The translations under genes were made by a program, and so were the position numbers. Below the pieces are notes generated by a model, which worked only from the letters and a program-made list of their open reading frames with translations, searched no databases and was not told the DNA's origin. From Squalus acanthias (lineage: Eukaryota), in NCBI GenBank assembly GCA_030390025.1, contig CM059432.1:50966001-51030000 (forward strand): a stretch of 64,000 bases of DNA, written 5' to 3'. Shown piece after piece: positions 25,498 through 35,201 of the stretch (position 1 is the stretch's first letter; the number at the start of each line of letters is the position of its first letter).

Positions 25498-28420
25498 CTC
25501 AGGCGTCTGTAGAGCTGTTTCCTTGCTCTCGAGTTGTGTTGCTGTTTCTAGATCAGGAATGCCTAGCGCTTGCGGCTTATTAGCTCCTGGATCTCCTGGT
25601 CGTTCTTGTCAAACCAGTCTTGGTGTTTCCTGGTCGAGTGACCGAGCGTCTCTTCACGGGTTCTGATTATGGCGGTCTTGAGTGTAGACCAGGTGCTGTG
25701 GACACTCTGTGTTTCTGCATCACTGGGAGTTGTCAGATTGGTTGTGAGGCGCAGGCTGAATAGGGCTTTCTTAGCGGGGTCTTTGAGTGCTCCAGCGTTG
25801 ATTTTCCTGCAGCATTGTTTCTGTTGCCGCCGCTGTTTTGGGGCTACATTGATGGAGATGACAGAACGGATTAGGCGGTGGTCTGTCCAGCAGTCGTCAG
25901 CTCCTGTCATGGTGCGGGTGATGCAGACGTCCTTGCGGTCCCTCGCTAGGACGATGACGTAGTCCAGCAGATGCCAGTGCTTGGAGCGAGGGTGCTGCCA
26001 TGAAACCTTGTACTTGTCTCTCTGACGGAACAGGGTGTTGGTTATGACAAGGCCATGTTCTAAGCATTTCGTCAGGAGGAGGGTACCATTGCAGTTGGCT
26101 TTCCCTACCCCCTCTCTGCCGATCACACCTCCCCAGAGGTCTGTGTCCTTTCCAACGCTGGCGTTAAAGTCGCCAAGGAGGATCAGCTTGTCGCCCATTG
26201 GGACTCGGGACAGGGATTGTTCGAGACTGGAGCAGAATTCCTCTTTGGTCTCATCTGTGGCTTCCAGTGTTGGGGCGTATGCACTGATGACCGTAGCACA
26301 CTGGTCGGGCTAGGGTGAGCTGAAGAGTCATGAGGCGCTCCTTTATACCGCAAGGGGAGTCTCTGAGACGCCCAACTAGTTCATTTTTTATGGCGAAGCC
26401 TACCCCATGGAGGTGGTGTTCTTCTTCAGGTTTGCCTTTCCAGAAGAAGGTGTAGCCACCGCCTTGCTCTTTGAGCTGGCCTTCCCCTGCCCGCCGGGTC
26501 TCGCTTAGGGCGGCGATGTCAATGTCGAAACATCTGAGCTCCCGGGCAATGATAGCAGTACAGCGTTCCGGTCTGTCGCTGTTGGGGTTGTCCATGAGAG
26601 TCCTAACGTTCCAGGTCCTGAACTTTATTTTAAAGGGTGGAAGATGCCTGTGCGTGAATTCTTTTAACATGGGGTGGTCGTTGCACACCAGCTACCACAC
26701 AGGCTTGACAGAGCAAGGTCTTGGTCCAATGGCAAGGGGATCCAAGACGATTGGAGACCAGGCTCTGCTACATCGGCCTAGCACACACACACAAACATAC
26801 TCCCACTGTCCTCCTCCCTCCTTCCCGCAGGTCCTCTCTGCCTGGGTTTCCTAGGCTGCATTGTGGTCCTCCCGACCTCGCTGTTGGCCCGTGCCGCACC
26901 TTCCCTGGGCCCCGACCCCGCTGCTGGTCCCCGATGCTGATCCACGCTGCGCCCCTCCTGGGCTCGTCCTCACTCCTGGGTCTCGGCCTCGGACATGAAT
27001 GATGTTGTCTCTCACAAGATCAAATTAGCACTGATATTCTGGTCAAGGTTAGCCGGGGGGAGGTTAGTGGAGCCCCATCAGTTTTTTTGTATTTGTGCCT
27101 GAATGTGTATTTGTATTCCTGGCCCGAGCTCCTCTCGCGATTCCTGGCCCCGAGCTCCCCTCGCGATCCCTGGCCCCGAGCTCCCCTCGCGATTCCTGGC
27201 CCCGAGCTCCCCTCGTGATCCCTGGCCCTGAGCTCCCCTCGCGATCCCTGGCCCTGAGCTCCCCTCGCGATTCCTGGCCCCGAGCTCCCATCGCGATCCC
27301 TGGCCCCGAGCTCCCATCGCGATCTCTGGCCCTGAGCTCCCCTCGCGATTCCTGGCCCCGAGCTCCCCTCGTGATCTCTGGCCCCGAGCTCCCCTCGCGA
27401 TTCCTGGCCCCGAGCTCCCTCGCGATTCTGGCCCCGAGCTCCCTCGCGATCTCTGGCCCCGAGCTCCCCTCGCGATCTCTGGCCCCGAGCTCCCCTCGCG
27501 ATCTCTGGCCCCGAGCTCCCCTCGCGATCTCTGGCCCCGAGCTCCCCTCGCGATCCCTGGCCCCGAGCTCACCTCGCGATCTCTGGCCCCGAGCTCACCT
27601 CGCGATCTCTGGCCCCGAGCTCCCCTCGCGATCTCTGGCCCCGCGCTCACCTCGCAATCCCTGACCCCGCGCTCACCTCGCGATCTCTGGCCCCGAGCTC
27701 CCCTCGCGATCTCTGGCCCCGAGCTCCCCTCGCGATCCCTGGCCCCGAGCTCCCCTCGCGATCTCTGGCCCCGAGCTCCCCTCGCGATCCCTGGCCCCGA
27801 GCTCCCCTCGCGATCCCTGGCCCCGAGCTCCCCTCGCGATCCCTGGCCCCGAGCTCCCCTCGCAATTCCTGGCCCCGAGCTCCCCTCGCGATTCCTGGCC
27901 CCGAGCTCCCCTCACGATCTCTGTCCCTGAGCTCCCCTCGCGATCCCTGGCCCCGAGCTCCCCTCGTAATTCCTGGCCCCGAGCTCCCCTCGCGATTCCT
28001 GGCCCCGAGCTCCCCTCGCGATCTCTGGCCCTGAGCTCCCCTCGCGATCTCTGGCCCCGAGCTCCCCTCGCGATCTCTGGCCCCGCGCTCACCTCGCAAT
28101 CCCTGACCCCGCGCTCACCTCGCGATCTCTGGCCCCGAGCTCCCCTCGCGATCCCTGGCCCCGAGCTCCCCTCGCGATCCCTGGCCCCGAGCTCCCCTCG
28201 CGATCCCTGGCCCCGAGCTCCCCTCGCGATCCCTGGCCCCGAGCTCAGGTAACTTTAACCTTGCAGCTTGAACTTGCAATTAGGGATAAAATGCACCCAC
28301 TATTAGAGCCAGGGGAACTTAAACAGCAGAAGAGAGGAGACTGGGGGGAAAAAGAGCAAAGGATGGCAAAGGAGCTCCCTAGCGAGCTGCCAGCCCAGGA
28401 GCCATCTTGAATCGATGAGA
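25498..28420 (-). mobile_element. RTE-clade LINE 5' portion (long 5' UTR plus endonuclease), 3'-truncated
   Basis: TWNVRTL, DIAALSETR, LILLGDFNA, HLLDYV, WTDHRL in ORFs 26251-26688 and 25563-26198; the UTR extent beyond 26780 is inferred. Confidence 0.85.
27116..28245. repeat. 26-bp minisatellite, about 43 copies (TGGCCCCGAGCTCCCCTCGCGATCCC)
   Basis: Direct tandem units; the 26-aa periodicity in the ORF track equals three units. Confidence 0.98.
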
Positions 28421-28559
28421 TTGGGTACTGAGCCAATTACCATAATCGCTCTTTATCTTACCATAAATAATGAAAACATGACACAACCAACAGCAATTAC
28501 AAATATTAAACTATTCACCCTGGTGCTTACCCTTAGTGGCTATCTATCAGTGCTCTTGC

Positions 28560-28990
28560 CTACTCTGGTGCTTCTACGAAGTGCAACCCGAGTGGCAGTA
28601 GCACGCAAGGTGGATGGCTGCTGAGAATCTGAAGAAGGCAGTCAGATGTCCTCCTGTAATGCCTTCGAGAGGCTGTGGGCCATGATGGCCCCACCTCAGA
28701 CTGCACCATCTCAGCATAGGCTTGAGCAGTCTGGGCTGCCTGGCCGACAGGCAACTGTGAGGACAATGGTGGAGGTGGCGGGGGAGGAAGCAGGAATCCT
28801 GCCATCCGGAGAGAGGCCAGTAAGTTCCTGCTCCATGATTTCCATGCCACTACCTCGGGGCGTCTGTTCAGCCAGCCCTGTGATCTGCTGGAGGACAGAT
28901 CCCTGGGCAGCTGAGACACTCTGCAAGCCCTTTTCATCCGAGGAGCCCAGAGCCACAATGGCAGCTGCCTGAGCTTCCATTGCGGCACTT
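28560..28990 (-). pseudogene. Probable 3' exon remnant of the Harbinger Myb/SANT-like gene
   Basis: MEAQAAAIVALGSSDEKGLQSVSAAQ... open stretch downstream of the Myb exon, inside the element. Confidence 0.55.
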
Positions 28991-29085
28991 TGCCGTTACA
29001 TGGAACATGCTAGGAGTGTAATGGAAGCTGTTTGGGCTTGGGTGGTGCAGTTATTGATAAGTGTGTTTATGAGATGGGATCTTAC

Positions 29086-29336
29086 CTTGACCACTCATGT
29101 TAAATCATTATATTTTTTGCAGCACTGGAGCCATGTCCTGGGGACAGTGCTCCTGGCTGTGACATCCTCGGCAATCTCCTCCCACATCCGTCACATTAGT
29201 TGCCTCTGTGGCCTCCTTTCTCCCCCCCCGCCCCAAGCAGGTACAGGATATCCCTCATCAGCTGTACCTCCTCCACCAGGACCTCCAGTGCTGCCGCTGA
29301 GAAACTGTGAGCCCTCTCCCTCGGTCCCTGAGCCAT
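29086..29336 (-). pseudogene. Harbinger Myb/SANT-like DNA-binding protein exon 1
   Basis: MAQGPRERAHSFSAAALEVLVEEV...WEEIAEDVTARSTVPRTWLQCCKKYNDLT*VVK followed by GTAAG donor; one frameshift and two stops. Confidence 0.88.
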
Positions 29337-29624
29337 TCTGATACATGTCGTTGTCCTGCTCCTTCAGTTTCACTGTCAGCCAAAACACTCCAGACCTTCA
29401 GTGGAACTGTGTGCGTAGAGGCTAAACCTGCAGGTCTCTGTTTTAGTGCCTAAATCACCAATTAGCCCCAAGATTACGGGCTAAATCCAGACTTTTAAAA
29501 AGGCAGGTTTTATGAGCACAGCACGCATCCTTGCCCCCAAATAACCTCCGTAATATTGTTTGAACTGAAGGATTTGATCAAGGCAATTGTTTGTCTGTCA
29601 ACAATTTAAAGAAAGATTGCATTT

Positions 29625-29766
29625 ACATAGAATTACATAGAATGTACAGCACAGAAACAGGTCATTTGGCCCAACATGTCCATGCCAGTGTTTATGCTCC
29701 ACGTGAGCCTCCTCCCACCCCTCTTCATCTAACTCTATCAGCATAACCTTCTATTCCTTTCTCCTT
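29625..29766 (-). mobile_element. Short CR1-type 3' end nested in the SINE tail
   Basis: ACATAGAATTACATAGAATGTACAGCACAGAAACAGG; flanked by duplicated CATTT. Confidence 0.75.
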
Positions 29767-29972
29767 CATTTATATAGCGCCTCTCATGACCTCAGGACTT
29801 TCCAAAGTGCTTTACAGTCAATTAAGTACTATTGAAGTGTAGTCATTGTTGTAATGTAGGAAACACAGCAGTCAATTTGCACACAGCAAGGTACCACAAA
29901 TAGCAATGTGATAATGACCAGATAATCTGTTTTAGTGATACTGGTTGAGGGATAAATATCAGCCAGAACACC

Positions 29973-30463
29973 TGTGACGGAATAAGCCATATAACCTATT
30001 CAGAAAAATACACTATCTTATGAAAGGATTCTGGCCTTATTAAAACATGACAAACTGGGTTAATGTTGCGATTGACTGATTCACCAACTGTAAATTGCAT
30101 GTCGGTTCTTTAATAAATCTATATATTTTTAGAATTGTCTCACATAAGACTTCTGTATCAAAAACTCGCGAACTCAATTTCTGTATACTCTTTGGTGAAG
30201 AGTTACAGTTCTGGGGAGTTTTCCGGACCCTCATAATATCCAGAACGTTACAGTCTAGCTAAACTTATTAAAAGCGCTATCTGGAGGATGGTAACATTCT
30301 CAGGTTGTTCCTTTCCTTTAGGGAGAGATAGTCCAGACCTTTAGATCCAATTAAGTGTCTTTAGGATTCGGCTACCTCAAACTTTAGTTGAAAATGAACG
30401 TCTGAGAAATAAGCCTGATCCGGGGTAGCCCTAAAGGGGCTAGGACTAGTAAATATCCCTTCA
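29973..30463 (-). mobile_element. Solo LTR (491 bp)
   Basis: TG...CA ends; perfect 4-bp TSD CACC; cleanly interrupts the SINE; orientation inferred from TATA and AATAAG order. Confidence 0.85.
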
Positions 30464-30976
30464 CACCAGGGTGAACTCCTCTGCTCTTCTTCAATATAGT
30501 GCCATGGGATCTTTTACGTCCATCTGAGAGGGCAGATGGGGCCTTGGTTTATTGTCTCATCTAAAAGACAACACCTCTGATAGTGCAGCATTGCCTCAGT
30601 ACTGGAATGTCAGCTTAGATTTCTTTGTGCTCAAGTCTCTGGATTGGGACTGGAATTGACAACCTTCTGACTCAGGCAGGAAGGCTACCATTGAGCCACA
30701 GTTGACACCTGTAAAAAATATCCAGGATATTTGTGGTTTTAAACTAGAATTCCCTATACCAGTTACAGTTCTAAATTTACTTTTCAAACATAGATTTTTT
30801 TTAAACATGCTCTACACTAAGGAGCTGCATACACTGGAATACATGGGTACTAGAATATCAGAGATACTGTGTAGCACCTTGAAAATAACAACCGACAATG
30901 ACAGTAAAATGCTTGTTGCAATTGTTTGACTGTTGGAATACTCCAAATCACATAGAACTTTAAGTAGCAAACATAA

Positions 30977-31107
30977 GGGGGGTACTTATGACCTAACCCG
31001 CCTGGCGGGAAACTGAAGGGATTGGACTGGCCAGCCGTTTTACACTCCACCCCATTTTACTTTCCATTGAAATCAGTTTCCTGGGCGGGGAAGTTTGAAA
31101 TAACCCC
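30977..31107. mobile_element. Short Harbinger-type MITE
   Basis: Homologous to 795-937; TSD TAA/CAA. Confidence 0.7.
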
Positions 31108-31311
31108 CAAGGACTTTGCTGTTCCACTTGTCACACCAGGAATGAAAGCAATATTTCAGCTAAAGCAAAGGAATCCACCCCTTCCCACCACAGCTGCAGA
31201 TCAAATAGGAGATTTCAAAGGAACAATTAACAGAAAATGTTTTTCAAATTTTATGTCTTGCAGAACAGCTGCTGTTCCAGTAAAGATAGAATTTAGATAT
31301 GTGGAGCATTT

Positions 31312-33110
31312 GGGGGCGATTTTTGTTTCCGCTGTATAAAGGTGGGCAGCGCGTCTGCTCTGCCTGCCTGAGGGGAGCCCCAATCAATTTCCGTGGTCAG
31401 GCCCTATTGAAATTGAATTGGCAAGGTACCAGTTCCAATCACACTCTTTATAGGGTGCTCACCGTTTGGGATGGCGAGAAATCCAGTGGGGCAGCACTGC
31501 TTAAAGACAGCCTGCAGATGCAGTTTTCAAAGATGGTCAGTGGAGAGCTAGTTATTGAAGCAGCAGGTGACAGTATGTCATCCAGTGTCCCCTGACTCTC
31601 CGATGCATCTGTGGAGATGTTGACTGAGCAGCAGGAAGGTCTTCTTATCCTCCGATGGGCAACAGGCGCCCGTCAAATCAGCCAGCATCAATGGATAGAG
31701 TTGGCTGAGCAGGCCAATGCCATTAGCATTGTTCTCAGGACCTGACTGCATTGCAGAAAGAAATTTAACCATCTGACCAATCTGCCAAGGCAAGGCTCCC
31801 CTTCACATCTCTCTTACTCTGGAGTATTACCCTACATCCCAGGTCCTACATTCTGGCACTGCTGAAGAGGGCAGAGATGCAGATTTCAGGGGACCTGCAT
31901 TTAAAAAAAAAAAGATGCTTTCTGTGTACTACCAATTGCTGAATGCACTGGACTGTCTGCTAGTTAGCTTCCACAACTTGGAGGCGTTCACTGCCAACCT
32001 GCTTGGGGTTCTTGCGCATGGCATTGACATGTCACCTCAATGGAAACTACAGCTGGGCCCGCCTTTCAGGAGTCTATGGCACCAGTAGTAGTATCTCTTA
32101 GGGATGCTCATACTGGGGCCATAAAGTCTCTGGGCTTCACCATCTCCACCTTTGACAGAGTGGGAGACAAAATGGATAGGAGCTTCAATAGGTAAGATAG
32201 CACTTGGGGCTCACACCAGGGTCATAATTAGTTTGTAGGCATTTGTGTAAGCCAGTAAAATGATAAATGTTTTTGAAATCTTTTACAGGAACAGAGAGTG
32301 TTCCTGTAGTAGCTGGTGACCCTGCAATGTTAATTGACAAGAATATTGCTTTTGGTCTTTGGGCACATGCAGCTTATTCAATGTTGGAAGGACTGGGACA
32401 GCTGTTGAACAGACTGGGACAGATGCTGAACATGGCTGTTAACGCAGAGGAGCAGAGAATGTTCAGATGAAGTTTTCTTCAATGAGCTGCTGCTGAGGAG
32501 CTCTGGCTACACGTATGTGTTGGAGCTCTCCCACCTCCTCACCATTCTTTATGTCATTAGTGTCATCTCTCTCACCATGATGAAGGTACTCATCAAATGG
32601 TGGCTCCATGTGTTGTCCCTGTTGCAGAGCAAAATTATACAACATATGCCAACCACTTTCATAGAAGGCACTCTTTAGGGTTTGTGTTGCAAAAAGTCCC
32701 AGACCTGTCCAGGCAGCAGAATCCTTACTTGAGGACTCCAATGGCCTGCTCGACGAGGGCTCTAGTTGAACCATGGATCTGTTTGTAGCATAGTTTGACC
32801 AAGTGTTCCTTCCTGGGAGGAATCATGAGCAAAGTGTGCCTGTCCACAACCATTCATCTCTCTTGTGCTGTGCAGGGGAAAAAAGTGGAGAGATGGAGCA
32901 TTGGCGCAATATAAAAGTGTAATTGCAGCTGACAAGAAAGCAGCACAGATCTACATGATGCACTGCTGATGATCACACACCAGTTGGAGAGGATGCCATT
33001 GAGATTCAAAAGGTAGTGGGGTCGTCAAAAGTTGCCTGCTGGATAACATGGGTGCTGTCAAAGGCATCCTGATCTTGGGGGACACCTGCAATTTATGCGA
33101 ACGCCAGAGC
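31312..33110. mobile_element. Decayed Harbinger: Myb exon (+, about 31580-31790) convergent with transposase C-terminal half (-, about 32463-33110)
   Basis: QWIELAEQANAISIVLRT*LHCRKKFNHLT on +; HGSTRALVEQAIGVLK*GFCCLDRSG and MLYNFALQQGQ on -. Confidence 0.8.
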
Positions 33111-33174
33111 CCTATCCTGTTGCTTCCAGTTATCCATGGGGAAAGTGTTGAAAGTATTTGCTGTAGCAAACATG

Positions 33175-33876
33175 GAGCCAAAATTTGTGGTGGATAATAA
33201 TGGCGTTGACCAATATTACCCCTTTGCAACTGACCGCAACTTCAGGATGTAGCGCATGCGCACCTAAACGTGGACATCCTGAAGTTGTGGTCAGTCATCC
33301 ACTGCTCCGACACTGGCTGCACTGTGCCACCACCAACCCCCCTCCCACATAACCGGCAATCAGTGTAATCAGTGAAACTGATGAAAACTTGGGCTTTTCT
33401 GCGGTAAATACCTCATTAATTGTTAAGCCTTGTCGGATTAGGTGTAACTGGGGTTTTAACAGCGTATTGACTGCTAAACAAATGTTAAGACCCTGAAAAA
33501 ACTCATTTTAATTTTGTGGAGTGTCAAATTTCTCCATTTTAATAAAAATTACAATTTTCAAGCAACTTCTAAAAAAAATTATTTCCCCATGTGAGAGCCC
33601 CAATCTTTGTTTTGCTCTCTGTGACATTTTTAAAAAGTCTGGATAAAAGCAGCTTCTCATTTCCTGGTTCCCTGGCTGTGAGAATTCTGCAATGTATTGG
33701 CTGCTTAGACAGCTTGTTGACGTCACAGCAACATTGCACTAGGGGATTCCCACTACACTGCACTGAAAACACTTGAACTTTGTAAAAGGCAAACTTCTTG
33801 CCACAGAGATCGTGAATTCTCTGTGGGCAGCTTTCTTCGGGGCCTTTGCTTCGCTGCTGATCGCAAATTCAGGGCC
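33175..33876. mobile_element. Harbinger-type MITE
   Basis: 3-bp TSD ATG; ends GAGCCAAAATTTG / CAAATTCAGGGCC; internal 22-bp-stem hairpin at 33229-33295. Confidence 0.78.
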
Positions 33877-33894
33877 ATGGTATTAATTTTTTTT

Positions 33895-34797
33895 AATTCA
33901 TTCTTGGGATGTGGGCGTCACTAGCAAGGCCAACATTTATTGCCCATCCCTAATTGCCCTTGAGAAAGTCGTGGTGAGCCGCCTTCTTGAACCGCTGCAG
34001 TCCGTGTGGTGAAGGTACAGTGAATTGGGGCTGGATTTTATCAATGGGGGTGCGTTGGGGGCGGGACTGCTGGTTGTCGGGTTTCAGTCCAGCCCCCAAT
34101 GACGTCTGGCCAACCCACGTTATTTTCCCTTGATTGACCTTGTTAAGCCCGCCCTGCGAGCTTAGCAGGCCAATTAAGGGAAAGCCGGTGACAGAGAACC
34201 CCAAGGGTTGAAGCCTGCAGGAAGAAACAAAGGTAAGTAAACTTTTTCTAACACTTTCTACTCACCTCCCATATTTACCTCTCCACACTTGCACCCATCA
34301 CTCACCTCCACAGCGCACTTTTCGGCCCCTCTGACCCCCACAGACCCACTGCTCGCCTCGCTGACCCTGGCGGGGTTTCCCGACGTCGGGAAGCCGGCAC
34401 TCGTGTTGGTAAAATGGGGATAAGCCTCTTAACTGCCTGTTAACTACCTGTTAAGTGGCAGTAATCCCCTTCCCTCCTCGAGGAGACAGGTCCCTGTGCG
34501 AGTCGGGGACCCGCCTCCCGGGAAGATGGCACAGAGGCAGGTTGGGAGCGGGTTTGGTACCCGCTCCCAGTTTCTGCCATTTTCCCAGCAGTCCCACCTC
34601 CAAACCCGCCTCCCCAGAGCTGGCAAAATTCCCCCCATGGTAGCGGTTTGGTACAACTGAGTGGCTTGCTAGGCCATTTCAGAGGGCAGTTAAGAGTCAA
34701 CCACATTGCTGTGGGTCTGGAGTCACATGTAGGCCAGACCAGGTAAGGACAGCAGATTTCCTTCTCTAAAGGACATTAGTGAACCAGATGGGTTTGA
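33895..34797 (-). mobile_element. Bipartite deletion derivative of LINE-B (5' leader plus 3' tail), split by a MITE
   Basis: 33895-34018 matches the LINE-B 3' end; 34640-34797 matches the LINE-B leader at 58602-58900. Confidence 0.8.
34028..34636. mobile_element. Harbinger MITE related to 13394-15094
   Basis: Ends GGGCTGGATTTT / AAAATTCCCCCC; left interior is an inverted homolog of 14940-15094. Confidence 0.8.
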
Positions 34798-34847
34798 TAA
34801 TCAGCAGATTATCACCTGCTTAATGCAGACTCACTGATGTTCCTGAT

Positions 34848-35201
34848 TCACCTGTGGCAGCTTGGAAAGGAGGCAAAGAAGTTGAGGGCTGCAGTGACCT
34901 TGACTGCAACAGGCAGTGCAATGGTACCTGTGGCAGCTGGTAATGACTCTTGTTGCAGGAGGTGACACAACTCTGTGATAGCCTCCTTAGAGAAGCTCAG
35001 CCTCCTTATGCACTGCTCCTCAGAGAACTGCAGGTATGCTGGCCTATATACTGTACTGGGAGGGTAAGGATTCCTGCAAGGCCTCCTCTCAGTTGCAGCT
35101 CTGTTTGCTTCTTCCTCCTGTTGCTGCTCCTCTTCCTCTAACCAGAGTGGAATTGCCAAAAGGATTCCTATGAGGAAAAAAGCGCATTGCCAAAAATCCA
35201 C
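34848..35201 (-). pseudogene. Harbinger transposase N-terminal fragment
   Basis: PYPPSTVYRPAYLQFSEEQCIRRLSFSKEAITELCHLLQ...LPVAVKVTAALNFFAS. Confidence 0.88.

Larger units (their letters stand above)
23610..29480. mobile_element. Near full-length decayed PIF/Harbinger transposon (transposase and Myb/SANT genes, convergent) with a nested RTE
   Basis: Both genes are recognisable; subterminal inverted match between about 23632-23653 and 29439-29460; exact ends uncertain. Confidence 0.8.
29608..30705 (-). mobile_element. tRNA-derived SINE (DeuSINE/SacSINE1-like) interrupted by a CR1 tail and a solo LTR
   Basis: A box TGGCTCAATGG at 30688-30698; central CTGCTCTTCTTCAA..AGTGCCATGGGATCTTT; tail GCGCTATATAAATG shared with 47792-47872; family name from recall. 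Confidence 0.8.

Noticed and set aside
26690..26780. HDV-like ribozyme in the RTE leader
   Set aside because: Stems exist (GCAGAGC/GCTCTGT, GTCTTGG/CCAAGAC), but I could not build the nested double pseudoknot with P1.1 and the catalytic C.
27064..28099. Long Gly/Arg-rich ORFs, or a CRISPR-like array
   Set aside because: The ORFs are translations of a stop-free 26-bp tandem repeat. Units are contiguous with no unique spacers and the context is eukaryotic.
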